The notes under the pieces were generated by a model, which ran no database searches, was not told the origin of the DNA, and saw only the letters and a program-made list of their open reading frames with translations. A program made the position numbers and the translations under genes. 64,000 nt of DNA from Candidatus Krumholzibacteriota bacterium (GTDB lineage: Bacteria; Krumholzibacteriota; Krumholzibacteriia; JAJRXK01), in assembly GCA_963806035.1 (NCBI GenBank), contig CAWDWO010000013.1, forward strand, positions 32,001 to 96,000, given 5' to 3'. This document shows positions 9,744-18,835 of this stretch, one piece after another; the stretch's first letter is position 1; every line of letters begins with the position of its first letter.

Positions 9744-10898
9744 CTAGTTGCCGACCATCGTCGCGTTCAAGAAGCCTAGCACATCGTCGATGGGGTTGGC
9801 AATCGCCGCCGAACGGCTACCCGCGAACAGCAAACCCACCGCGCGCGGATTGTTGCTGACGTCTTCGACCATGAGAGAGCCGCTGTCCCCGCTGTCGAGG
9901 AAGCTCGAGTGCTTCTGGCCGACCACGATTTGGCCGGTGTAGGTCTTGGTGAAGGCCGTACCGCCGGCGCACTCGTTCTCGTAGCTGATGCTCACGCTGG
10001 CGTTGAGACCGCTCACCGTGGAGCGCGAGAGACCGGTCGTGCGGCCGCTCTTCTTGACGTTCTGACCCACGAAGGCGGCCACGGTCTGGCTGCTCAGGGT
10101 CCCGATCTCGAGGATCGAACCGTCGCTCTTGACCATGCCCGGAATGACCTGCGCCACCGCGCAGTCCACGTTGTTGTTGGGCAAGGAGTGCTTGAGCGAG
10201 AGCGTGGCGACCGCCTGCGCGCTTGCGGCGCTGCAGTTCACGTCGATTAGACCCGGCTGGATGATGGGATCGCCATTTTGGGCGGTACGGTTGTTACCGC
10301 CGCTGACGATGTCCGCCTCAAACACGTGCCAGTTGGAAAGCACGTACTGGCTGCCACCGATCTGGATCAAGGAGCCGAGGGTACCGCCGCAGCAGTAACC
10401 GTTGGCCAGGTCATAGGACCAGCCACCAGAAGTGCCGAGCTCGATGGGAGGAGTCTGGATGGCCGTGTGGCTCACACCGCCACCGCCGCCACCGTGTCCG
10501 CCACCGCCACCGCCGCCGCCCGGAGGGCCTTTCATGGCGACGAGATGACCCACCACCATCTGCTGCACTTTCAAACCCTGAATGCGGGCCGGGAAAGTGG
10601 TGGAGGGTACCGCAGTCTCAGTGAGCACGAGGAGCACCGGTGCGCCGTTGTCGTCGACACCCGTCGCGGTTCCCACGACTCTGTCGGTCGCCATGAGCAC
10701 CGGCGTGTTCTTGAGCTGAATGTCCATCGCCGACTGCATGGCGGGGTTGGTCCGGCCGTACAGCTGAGAAAGTTCAGCCTGGTTCTGGTTTTGCGGTCCG
10801 GTGAGATTGCTCGAGTCGTTCGAGCAGCCCACCCAGGCCAAGGAAATGATGAGCAGAACAGCGAGAATTCCGCTCATCCTGCGACGGTTCATCTGCAT
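9744..10898 (-). CDS. Secreted trypsin-like (PA clan, Nal1-like) serine protease, lipoprotein with pro-domain and poly-Gly linker
   Basis: Lipobox AWVGC; GTLG, SNWHV (His), DCA (Asp), KSGRTTG, GDSGS (Ser), GLLFAGS; GGAGGAGG RBS. Confidence 0.88.
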   Translation of the reverse strand: MQMNRRRMSGILAVLLIISLAWVGCSNDSSNLTGPQNQNQAELSQLYGRTNPAMQSAMDIQLKNTPVLMATDRVVGTATGVDDNGAPVLLVLTETAVPSTTFPARIQGLKVQQMVVGHLVAMKGPPGGGGGGGGHGGGGGGVSHTAIQTPPIELGTSGGWSYDLANGYCCGGTLGSLIQIGGSQYVLSNWHVFEADIVSGGNNRTAQNGDPIIQPGLIDVNCSAASAQAVATLSLKHSLPNNNVDCAVAQVIPGMVKSDGSILEIGTLSSQTVAAFVGQNVKKSGRTTGLSRSTVSGLNASVSISYENECAGGTAFTKTYTGQIVVGQKHSSFLDSGDSGSLMVEDVSNNPRAVGLLFAGSRSAAIANPIDDVLGFLNATMVGN

Positions 10899-10954
10899 GG
10901 AGTCATCCTCCTCCAGTGGCGAGAGAAATTGTTCTGAAGGAATACGAGACTCCG

Positions 10955-10984
10955 ATTAGATCACTTGTTCGAATTCGCTGTCAA
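10955..10984 (-). promoter_or_regulatory. sigma70-like promoter TTGACA-N18-TCTAAT for the protease
   Basis: Hexamers read directly; about 55 nt upstream of the start codon. Confidence 0.6.
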
Positions 10985-11171
10985 GGGCTCGACTGCGGCT
11001 AAACGGGCTCCGACAATGATTTTATAGAGGACCCGAATCTTTTCCTTTCCGTTCTCCGTGCTTGGAGGCACTCTTGTGGACGTGGCGTGAGGGGGTACGG
11101 TCGATTGACTCCTCACGCGAGGCAGACGAATCGGATTGTTGGAAAACCCTCGGCGCTAAGGGCATTAGGTC

Positions 11172-12641
11172 ATGAATCGTTGGCACGGTCTCGTACTTTC
11201 CCTCCTCCTTGCAATTCTCTGCTTGGCGCCCGCGGCTTCGGCTCAAGTAGAAGGTCCTCATCTCGGGTTTTCGGCCCAGGGCGGGGGCAATTTCTGGACG
11301 GGAGGGAAGCCGCTGGAGAACGATCTCATCTACGGCGGCCGCCTGGCGCTGATGCCCTGGTCGCGAGTGGGGGTCGAGGGCACAATCGAATTGCACCCGA
11401 CCCAGCGCGCGGGAGGCAACGACTTCCGGGTGACGCATCTGAGCGCGGACGCCATCGTCGAAATTCTGCCCTTTCACCGTCTCAATCCTTATCTCACCGC
11501 GGGGCTCACGCGACTTCATGTCGACGACCTGGGAGCGGGCGAGGAAAACTGGAACGGGTGGGAAATCGGGGGCGGTCTGCTCGTGGCTCTGGCGAACGCC
11601 GAAGGCAGGCAGGTCGACCTGAGATTGGACTTGCGGCGCGTGGTCAGCGAACGCAAGAACGCCGGACCCAACGACGACAACTTTCCCACCAATTGGATTG
11701 CCACCCTCGGCCTGCGCTTCGCCCTCGGCGCCAACCCCGCCGACGGCGATGCGGACGGAGTGCCCGACCGTAGCGATCGCTGCCCGGGAACTCCGCGCAT
11801 GGCGTTGGTCGATCAGTACGGCTGCCCCACTGATGGCGACAACGACGGAGTCTTCGATGGTCTCGACCGCTGTCCGGACACGCCCCAGGGCGCGAAAGTG
11901 GACGAGGAAGGTTGTCCGATCGATAGCGACGGCGACGGCGTCTACGATCTCTTGGATCGTTGTCCCGACACTGCTCCTGGCGTGCCGGTGGACGAGATGG
12001 GATGCGCGCTGGACGCGGATCAGGATGGCGTGCCCGACGGCATCGATCGCTGTCCTGACACCAAAGAGGGCGAACAGGTCGACAAGTGGGGCTGCGAGGT
12101 GGACAACGACGGCGACGGCGTGCCCGATCGTATTGATCGCTGTCCGGGGACGCCGCCCAACATCGCGGTGGACGAGCGGGGCTGCCCCATTCCTCAGAGC
12201 GCGCGCGAAATACAGTTACTGGATACGGGCCTGTTGCGTTTGAACAACGTGCACTTCGAGAGCGCGAAAGCCGAGATCAAGCCCGAATCGTATCCCGCTC
12301 TGACCGACGTCGCGAAGATCCTGGTGAAGTGGCCCAGCTTGCGCATCGAAATCGGTGGCCATACCGATTCGCAGGGTTCGGCCGAATTCAACCAGAAGCT
12401 GAGCGAGGCGCGCGCGCAGGCGGTTTTCAACTGGCTGAACGAAAACTTCCCGCAGCTGCGCGCGGAGCAGTTCCTGATTCGCGGTTACGGTGAGAGCCAG
12501 AGCATCGCGGACAACTCGACGGCAGAGGGTCGCGCACTCAACCGTCGCGTGGAATTCAAGGTCCTCAATCGGGAGGTCTTGCGCCACGAGGTTCCGCTGA
12601 ACCCGGAAGAGGGTTCGAAAATCGACCGTAAGAAGCCTTGA
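11172..12641 (+). CDS. OmpA family protein (N-terminal barrel, thrombospondin type-3 repeats, C-terminal peptidoglycan-binding domain)
   Basis: Signal peptide; GHTDSQG..NQKLSEARAQAV; NRRVEF. Confidence 0.93.
   Translation: MNRWHGLVLSLLLAILCLAPAASAQVEGPHLGFSAQGGGNFWTGGKPLENDLIYGGRLALMPWSRVGVEGTIELHPTQRAGGNDFRVTHLSADAIVEILPFHRLNPYLTAGLTRLHVDDLGAGEENWNGWEIGGGLLVALANAEGRQVDLRLDLRRVVSERKNAGPNDDNFPTNWIATLGLRFALGANPADGDADGVPDRSDRCPGTPRMALVDQYGCPTDGDNDGVFDGLDRCPDTPQGAKVDEEGCPIDSDGDGVYDLLDRCPDTAPGVPVDEMGCALDADQDGVPDGIDRCPDTKEGEQVDKWGCEVDNDGDGVPDRIDRCPGTPPNIAVDERGCPIPQSAREIQLLDTGLLRLNNVHFESAKAEIKPESYPALTDVAKILVKWPSLRIEIGGHTDSQGSAEFNQKLSEARAQAVFNWLNENFPQLRAEQFLIRGYGESQSIADNSTAEGRALNRRVEFKVLNREVLRHEVPLNPEEGSKIDRKKP
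11740..12190 (+). repeat. Five ~90-nt coding repeats (TSP3 Ca-binding, DxDxDGVxDxxDxCP)
   Basis: Five 30-aa units counted in the translation. Confidence 0.9.
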
Positions 12642-12694
12642 TCGTGGAGAATTGAGCGCGACGGGAGTTTCTGAATTCCAAAAGGAGATCTGCC

Positions 12695-13108
12695 ATGGCC
12701 GTTCAGATTTCGCGCGTCGATTATTACTATGCCAGCACCGAAGACAGACCGGGTGCGACCTATCAGATCTTGCACGCATTGGCGGAGGCCGGCGTGAACA
12801 TGCTCGCGTTCAGCGCGATGCCGGTGGGACCGAGCCGAGCCCAGCTCACGCTCTTTCCCGCCGAGAGCGACGGACTTCTGCGCGTGGCTCCGCGATTGGG
12901 TCTGAGCCTCTCTCAGCCGCAGCGAGCGATTCTGGTGGAAGGTGAAGACGAGCTGGGCGCCTTGGGTGAAGTGCATCGCAAACTCTACGATGCCAAGGTG
13001 AACGTCTTCGCTTCCAGTGGAGTCACCGCGGGATCGGGGCGCTTCGGCTATCTGTTGTACGTGAGACCGGAAGACTACGAACGCGCAGCCAGCGTCCTCG
13101 GCATCTAG
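12695..13108 (+). CDS. Tandem ACT-domain protein
   Basis: EDRPG..LAEAGVNM and EDELGALGEVHRKLYDAKVNV; AAGGAG RBS. Confidence 0.88.
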   Translation: MAVQISRVDYYYASTEDRPGATYQILHALAEAGVNMLAFSAMPVGPSRAQLTLFPAESDGLLRVAPRLGLSLSQPQRAILVEGEDELGALGEVHRKLYDAKVNVFASSGVTAGSGRFGYLLYVRPEDYERAASVLGI

Positions 13109-13165
13109 GATGAGCAGCTGAGGCAAGGCGCTGCCGGGCGATGCGAGTTCGCTTGCCAGTGTGTG

Positions 13166-13504
13166 TCAGAAGGAGGCGAGCGCCTCTTTCTCACTCGGGT
13201 AGATCCCGATGACTTTGTCAAAGCGCGTGGTCGCGAAGATGTGGGCGATGCGTTCGTTGGGTTGGCACATCTTGATCGTGCCTCCTTCATCGCGCATGGC
13301 GTGGTAGACGGCCACGATGAATCCCAGCCCCGTCGAGTTGATCCATCTGAGTTCGGAGAGATTCAAGAGGATGCGCCGAGCACCGGCGTCGATGGTTTTT
13401 TGCACGCCTCCCTTGAAGGTCGCGTCATCCGCCGGACCGCCCCGCAGTTCTCCCAAAAGGTCGAAGATGACGACGTCGCCTTCGTCGCGTTGCCGCATAT
13501 CCAT
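13166..13504 (-). CDS. STAS-domain anti-sigma factor antagonist
   Basis: ILLNLSELRWINSTGLG motif; GGAGG RBS before ATG 13504. Confidence 0.9.
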   Translation of the reverse strand: MDMRQRDEGDVVIFDLLGELRGGPADDATFKGGVQKTIDAGARRILLNLSELRWINSTGLGFIVAVYHAMRDEGGTIKMCQPNERIAHIFATTRFDKVIGIYPSEKEALASF

Positions 13505-13556
13505 GGGATTCCCTCCCTGTAACCAATTTCTTCTTCGAACAGAATAATAGTCCGCG

Positions 13557-14072
13557 CTAGTGCCCCAAGCCAAGCTCGCTCGACTTGCGCTCCCAGAGCT
13601 GGAAAGTGAACGCGGGGCCGCCTTCGCTCTCGGCCTCGTGAGCTTCCTCCCACGCGAGTTGCCACTCTCGCTCGGGCAGATCGGGGAAGCTCGCGTCTCC
13701 CTCGACTACGCAATGCACGCGTGTGAGATGCACTTTCCCTACCTGGGGAAGAGCCAGGCGGTAGATCTGAGCTCCCCCGACCACGAAAACCTCCTCCTCC
13801 TCGGCCGCCTCGCAGTGGGCCACCGCCTCCTCCCAGCTGTTTGCCACGCGGACGCCTTCGATGCTCAGATTCCGGTCGCGAGTGAGCACCACGGTTCTTC
13901 GCCCCGGCAGGGGGCGCCCCACCGAATCGTAGGTCGCCCGGCCCATGAGCAGGCAGTGCCCCATCGTGATCCGTTTGAAGCGCTTGAGGTCCGAGGAGAG
14001 GTGCCAGGGCAGCTCGCCGGCGTTTCCGATGATTCCGTTTTCGCTGACTGCCACGACGATGGTGAATTTCAT
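13557..14072 (-). CDS. folA: Dihydrofolate reductase
   Basis: [44 protein letters not shown]; overlaps the thyA stop. Confidence 0.97.
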   Translation of the reverse strand: MKFTIVVAVSENGIIGNAGELPWHLSSDLKRFKRITMGHCLLMGRATYDSVGRPLPGRRTVVLTRDRNLSIEGVRVANSWEEAVAHCEAAEEEEVFVVGGAQIYRLALPQVGKVHLTRVHCVVEGDASFPDLPEREWQLAWEEAHEAESEGGPAFTFQLWERKSSELGLGH

Positions 14073-14863
14073 ATCGAGACCGGAGCCGGGATGTGTGGAT
14101 GCGGCTGGTATCCCTCGAGCTGGAAATCCTCGTAGATGAAGTCGCCGAGTTCGGCCCGGGCCGGGTTCAGCTTCATGCGCGGCAGGGCCCGGGGCTCCCG
14201 TTCCAATTGTAGGCGAGCCTGATCGAAGTGATTCGCGTAGAGGTGCACGTCGCCAAAAGTGTGGATGAACTCTCCGGGCTGAAGGCCCGTGACCTGCGCC
14301 ACCATCAGCGTGAGTAAGGCGTAACTGGCGATGTTGAAGGGCACCCCCAAGAAGACGTCAGCGCTGCGCTGATAGAGCTGGCAGGAGAGCTTGCCTTGGG
14401 CCACGTAGAACTGGAAGAGGCAGTGACAGGGGGGCAGGGCCATCTGTTCGATCTGGCCCACGTTCCAGGCGCAGACCAGATGCCGGCGGCTGTCGGGATT
14501 TTCTCTGAGCCCCTGCAAGAGCCGGGCGATCTGATCGACGTGCCGCCCGTCCGGAGTGGGCCAGCTGCGCCACTGGTAGCCGTAGATGGGCCCGAGCTCG
14601 CCCTTTTCATCGGCCCACTCGTCCCAGATCCGCACCCGATTCGCGCGCAGATAGGCCAGGTTGGTATCGCCGCGCAGAAACCACAGCAGCTCGTGAATGA
14701 TGCTGCGCAGATGCAGCTTCTTGGTCGTCAGGAGAGGGAAGCCCTCCGCCAGATCAAAGCGCATCTGATGGCCGAAGAGCGATCGGGTTCCCGTGCCGGT
14801 CCGATCGGGCTTGTCCGTGCCTTCGTCGAGGATTTTCCGCAGCAATTCGAGATAGAGACGCAC
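14069..14863 (-). CDS. thyA: Thymidylate synthase
   Basis: [46 protein letters not shown] start at 14863 gives 264 aa. Confidence 0.98.
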   Translation of the reverse strand: MRLYLELLRKILDEGTDKPDRTGTGTRSLFGHQMRFDLAEGFPLLTTKKLHLRSIIHELLWFLRGDTNLAYLRANRVRIWDEWADEKGELGPIYGYQWRSWPTPDGRHVDQIARLLQGLRENPDSRRHLVCAWNVGQIEQMALPPCHCLFQFYVAQGKLSCQLYQRSADVFLGVPFNIASYALLTLMVAQVTGLQPGEFIHTFGDVHLYANHFDQARLQLEREPRALPRMKLNPARAELGDFIYEDFQLEGYQPHPHIPAPVSI

Positions 14864-14955
14864 CGAGACTCTCGCAGAAAAGAGGGAGGAACTGGGGCCT
14901 TTGGCCTCGCCGGGCCCATGGTACGCGGAATTGGCGGTGACGGGCAAGCCGGCGA

Positions 14956-14984
14956 TTGACGCTCGCCGGCAGCGGGCGTAGGCT
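14956..14984 (+). promoter_or_regulatory. sigma70-like promoter TTGACG-N17-TAGGCT for the ferredoxin
   Basis: Hexamers and spacing read directly. Confidence 0.45.
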
Positions 14985-15047
14985 TCGTTTTTGAACCACC
15001 CGGCTCTGTCCCGGGAGATCTCCAGCTCCGTCAAGGAGGACCATTCG

Positions 15048-15395
15048 ATGGCCCACATCGTCACCGCTCGTTGCATAGACTGCCGCTACACCGACTGTGT
15101 CGAAGCTTGTCCGGTCGATTGTTTTTGGGAGATTCAGGATCCTCACATGCTGGTGATCGACCCCGATACGTGTATCGACTGTACTCTCTGCGTCGAGGAG
15201 TGCCCGATCCGGGCGATCTGGCCCGAGGACGATCTTCCCGAGGAATACGCGGAATGGACGGACAAGAACCGCGACCTTTTCGAGGGTGGAACGAACATCA
15301 CCGAAATGAGTGGTCCGCTCGATGGCGCCAAGACTCTCGAGCAGATTCACGAGGAGGAAGAGGCGAAGGGCTGGGATATCGCCGACCCGGCCTGA
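15048..15395 (+). CDS. fdxA: Dicluster (7Fe FdxA-type) ferredoxin
   Basis: [18 protein letters not shown] and [21 protein letters not shown]. Confidence 0.92.
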   Translation: MAHIVTARCIDCRYTDCVEACPVDCFWEIQDPHMLVIDPDTCIDCTLCVEECPIRAIWPEDDLPEEYAEWTDKNRDLFEGGTNITEMSGPLDGAKTLEQIHEEEEAKGWDIADPA

Positions 15396-15435
15396 GGACC
15401 TCTCCGGGGTCGCCTCGCAGCTGATACCTTCGGGC

Positions 15436-16959
15436 TCAGTCCCGCAGCGGAAAGTCGCGCAGAGTGCCGCGCAGGGGATCGCCCACGCGCAGGCGGTGGT
15501 TGTTCGTGTCGCAGATGAGCAGCTCCTCGCCCCAGGAGTCCATCCCCTGCGGCTCGTGCAGCTCGCTCGCGTCGCCACTCCCCAAGAGCGTCTTCACCGC
15601 GAGGCTCTCCAGCTCGATGGCCTTGATCTTGTTGTTGAAAGTATCCGCCAGGTAGACCCATGGCTGCTTCTGGTCGAAGCCGACGCAGACATCCATGGGG
15701 TGCTGGAGACGCGCCTGAAGCCCGGTCCCGTCCCGGTCGCCAAAATCGAAAAGACCCTGGCCGGTGAGGGTCTCCACCTTCTGGCTCTCCAGATCGATGG
15801 CGCGAATGCTGGAGTCTTCGCTGTCGGCGACGAAGAGGTAGCGCCCCATGAGGGCCAGGCCGCTGGGCTGGGCGAAGGAGGCCTCGCGCAGCGGGCCGTC
15901 GCGGTGATCCTCCATTCCGTTGCCGGCGAAGGGACCGAAGATCTCCCGTTCAGGATCGAAGAGCCAGATCTGATGGCTCCCCGCCATGGCCACCAGGGCA
16001 ATTCCATCGCTCGTGCAGACATCCCAGGGAGAACGTAAGGCCATCTCGCCGGGCGCGGGGGAGACCCCGAGCGGCTCGCCGAGCCACAGCTTGCCCGATC
16101 CGGCCACGGCGCTGATTTCGCCCGAACTCAGCTCCACCCCCTTGAGCATGTGGTGGCCGGCATCGGCCACCAGGAGTTGATCCCCGAGCACGGCCATGCC
16201 TTTGGGCGCCAAAAATCGCAGAGGGCCGCTTTCGCCGAAGGCGCGCAGAACCTGCCCCTGTAGGGTGGCCTGCAGCACGCGGCGATGGCCGGTATCGGCG
16301 ATGTAGATGTGGTCCTCGTGGACCAACACCTTGCTGGGGAAGCGCAGGATACCGGGCGTCGAAGACGCTGGCGCCGCGTCTCGCGGCGCGCCTTTCGCCC
16401 GCGCGGCTCCGGGGGAGCGGGCAGCGGCCGGTTCGGCTTCGGCTTCAACCATGGCTGGCCGCGGCCGGTAGGGTGCGCCGGCCAGGGACCCGTCCTTCTC
16501 TCCCTCGGCCAAAAGTGCTTCGATCTTGGCCGCGAGTTCATCGACGCCGATTTCGCCGGGGAGGGTTTCACGCAGGCGTCCCTTGCTGTCGATCAAGGCG
16601 AGGGTGGGCCATCCCTTCACGCCGTACGCCCGCCACAGCTGGTGCTCGTTGTCGACCATCACGGGATTTCGGATCTCGTGTCGGGCGATCGCGGCGCGCA
16701 GGTTCTCGAGCTCGCGTTCGGCGTCGAACTTGGCGGAATGCACGCCCACCACCGACAGCGCTTGCTGCGCATAGCGCTGCTGCATCGCGTGCAGCACCGG
16801 CAGCATGTGCATGCAGTTGACGCAGCAATACGTCCAGAAATCCAGAATCACGACCTGTCCGCGCAATTCTTCGTCCAGGCGCAGCGCGTGCTCCGTGTTG
16901 AGCCAAGCCGCCGGGCTCGGAAAGGGGGGTGCGGATTCAAAATCCTTCGCCATGCTCAT
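15436..16959 (-). CDS. Thioredoxin-like + NHL-repeat protein (NHLRC2/SOQ1-like)
   Basis: LDFWTYCCVNCMH, GVHSAKF, AMAGSHQIW, FAQPSGL, LQHP, ADTFNNKIK. Confidence 0.92.
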   Translation of the reverse strand: MSMAKDFESAPPFPSPAAWLNTEHALRLDEELRGQVVILDFWTYCCVNCMHMLPVLHAMQQRYAQQALSVVGVHSAKFDAERELENLRAAIARHEIRNPVMVDNEHQLWRAYGVKGWPTLALIDSKGRLRETLPGEIGVDELAAKIEALLAEGEKDGSLAGAPYRPRPAMVEAEAEPAAARSPGAARAKGAPRDAAPASSTPGILRFPSKVLVHEDHIYIADTGHRRVLQATLQGQVLRAFGESGPLRFLAPKGMAVLGDQLLVADAGHHMLKGVELSSGEISAVAGSGKLWLGEPLGVSPAPGEMALRSPWDVCTSDGIALVAMAGSHQIWLFDPEREIFGPFAGNGMEDHRDGPLREASFAQPSGLALMGRYLFVADSEDSSIRAIDLESQKVETLTGQGLFDFGDRDGTGLQARLQHPMDVCVGFDQKQPWVYLADTFNNKIKAIELESLAVKTLLGSGDASELHEPQGMDSWGEELLICDTNNHRLRVGDPLRGTLRDFPLRD

Positions 16960-17069
16960 CCTCTGCTTTGATTCTCTACTCGGTCTGGCGCTCGCGTTTC
17001 CAATTCGGTATCCTGGGCCTTCCAAGCGATCTGCTATTCATCCTCGTGACCCAGCGGAGGTTCTCAACT

Positions 17070-17333
17070 ATGTCCAAGGGCGGTGTTCTGGGTCTAGGCT
17101 TCACTCTCGCGGTGATTTTGTTGGCGGTCTTCGCGGTGCGCGGAGTGCGAAGAGTAAATTGTAAGGTCTGCGTGAGCTACGAGCAGCATACCGTCTGCCG
17201 CACCGGATCCGGCCGTAGCAAAGAGGATGCGGTCAAGTCGGCACAGCGCTCCTGTTGCGCGGAACTTGCCTCGGGAATGACCGAGAGCATCAAGTGCGAG
17301 AACCTGAAGCCGGACAGCGTCGACTGCGACTGA
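17070..17333 (+). CDS. Small membrane-anchored Cys-rich protein
   Basis: GGAGG RBS; N-terminal hydrophobic helix; 7 Cys in the C-terminal ~57 aa. Confidence 0.75.
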   Translation: MSKGGVLGLGFTLAVILLAVFAVRGVRRVNCKVCVSYEQHTVCRTGSGRSKEDAVKSAQRSCCAELASGMTESIKCENLKPDSVDCD

Positions 17334-17366
17334 CGCGCGAAGAAATCTCGCCCGTGGGCGGAACAC

Positions 17367-18026
17367 TCAGAGCTTGGTTCCAAAGCCGAGTCCGACGTTC
17401 ACTCCCACCGGAAACGTTCCGATCCCCAGACTGAACGCAAATCCGCTTTCCGTATAGAGTACCGCGCCAAGCTCCACCACGAACTTCATCGTATCGCGAT
17501 CTGGTGCGTCGATCCACAGCCTGCCGTCGGGTCCGGCCGCGGGCCGCAGGGCGTCCTTGTATTGGGTGAAGTTGTGTGAGCGCATGAATCCGACGCCACC
17601 GTAGGTGTAGAACTGGCGACTCATGCGGCGGGTGAGGCCCGCGCGTCCTCCGCCCCAATCGCGCACGGTCTTCTCGGGGACCCCTCCCAAGAGGCCTTCC
17701 ACCGTCGAGCGGTCCAGGTCTTTGTAATAATAGGTCTCGTCAGAGGTGCTGCTGGTGGCGATCCAGAGGGAGCCGTATCCGCCCCAACCCTGCGCGGGAA
17801 CGTAGTGGACCGCCGCGCCGATCAAGGGTTCCGGAGCAGAGAACATGATGTGCAGGGCCCAGATGTGCTTTGGTCCCTCTTGCACCGGCGGACGGCGCAG
17901 CGGCATGGGACGGCTCTGGGCCCACGCGATGGCTGGCACGACCGTCAGCAGCCCGAGAGCTACGATTCCCAGCGCGAACGCGCGGCAAGAGAGAGGAAGA
18001 CCGGGCTTGCAGGGCGTCGTTCGCAT
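17367..18026 (-). CDS. Probable small outer-membrane beta-barrel protein
   Basis: Signal peptide ending AWA-Q; alternating amphipathic strands; ends VNVGLGFGTKL. Confidence 0.6.
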   Translation of the reverse strand: MRTTPCKPGLPLSCRAFALGIVALGLLTVVPAIAWAQSRPMPLRRPPVQEGPKHIWALHIMFSAPEPLIGAAVHYVPAQGWGGYGSLWIATSSTSDETYYYKDLDRSTVEGLLGGVPEKTVRDWGGGRAGLTRRMSRQFYTYGGVGFMRSHNFTQYKDALRPAAGPDGRLWIDAPDRDTMKFVVELGAVLYTESGFAFSLGIGTFPVGVNVGLGFGTKL

Positions 18027-18033
18027 AAGAGGA

Positions 18034-18696
18034 TCAACTACTGAGGAGTCGTACTCCCACCAGGATGCAGAAGCCACGTTGTCGAATGGAATTGAGGCGG
18101 ATGTCGGGGCCAAGATCTCCCCCGCCGTAGGCATTCATCACGTTCTGGATGTAACGAAACTCCACCAGTCCACCGATGTGCCGGGTGAAGGCGTTGTCCA
18201 GTCCGATGCCCACCTGCGCCGAGATCACCGTCTTGTGAAAATCGTCGAAAACTAAAATGTGATCGCGGTTGAGGATGAAATCGGCGCTGAAACCCACCAG
18301 AAAATACAGATTGGAAGCCTGGTCGGCGGTCTGAAGCTTGGCCAGCACCGGCACGCTCAGGTAATTGAGACCTCCGCTCTGGGTGATCGTCTCCCCGGTG
18401 GGCTGGCCGCCATTGTCCACCACGATGATCTCCTGCTGGATGTCCTTGGGCATGTAGATCGCCTCGGTGAGCAGCCGAAAATTGGTGCGCCGTCCGAACT
18501 TCCATTCCAGGGAAAGCCCCCCCGTTCCGCTCCAGCGGCCGTCGGGAGAGAAGAGCTTCTGCCCGCCGAAGTCATAGTCCTGATTGCCCTTATAGACGCC
18601 GCCCTTCAATGCGACCGCCTTGAGCGGGGCGGCCAGGGCCGGCGTGGAAACCAGTAGAAAGGCCCAGAAAACACAAGCGATCTTGAGCATTCGCAT
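18034..18696 (-). CDS. Outer-membrane beta-barrel (OMP_b-brl_2 / PorT-like)
   Basis: Signal peptide ALA-A; LNYLSVPVLAK motif; GGGAGG RBS before ATG 18696. Confidence 0.78.
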   Translation of the reverse strand: MRMLKIACVFWAFLLVSTPALAAPLKAVALKGGVYKGNQDYDFGGQKLFSPDGRWSGTGGLSLEWKFGRRTNFRLLTEAIYMPKDIQQEIIVVDNGGQPTGETITQSGGLNYLSVPVLAKLQTADQASNLYFLVGFSADFILNRDHILVFDDFHKTVISAQVGIGLDNAFTRHIGGLVEFRYIQNVMNAYGGGDLGPDIRLNSIRQRGFCILVGVRLLSS

Positions 18697-18835
18697 GGGA
18701 GACCTCCCGGAAGCTGAGGCGCGATGACTTGACGCGGCGCGGCGGACTTTGGACATTCTACGGGAGGTGATCATCTCTCCCCACCAGATTCTTGACTCGG
18801 ATCGCCCATTCGCCATCCCCTGGGAGTTCTGTTTC

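Noticed and set aside
10476..10525. GGC/GGT run as a contingency repeat
   Set aside because: Mixed codons encoding an in-frame poly-Gly linker; triplet changes would not switch frame
11740..12190. 90-nt periodic repeats as a possible CRISPR or DGR element
   Set aside because: They are in-frame TSP3 repeats of the OmpA protein
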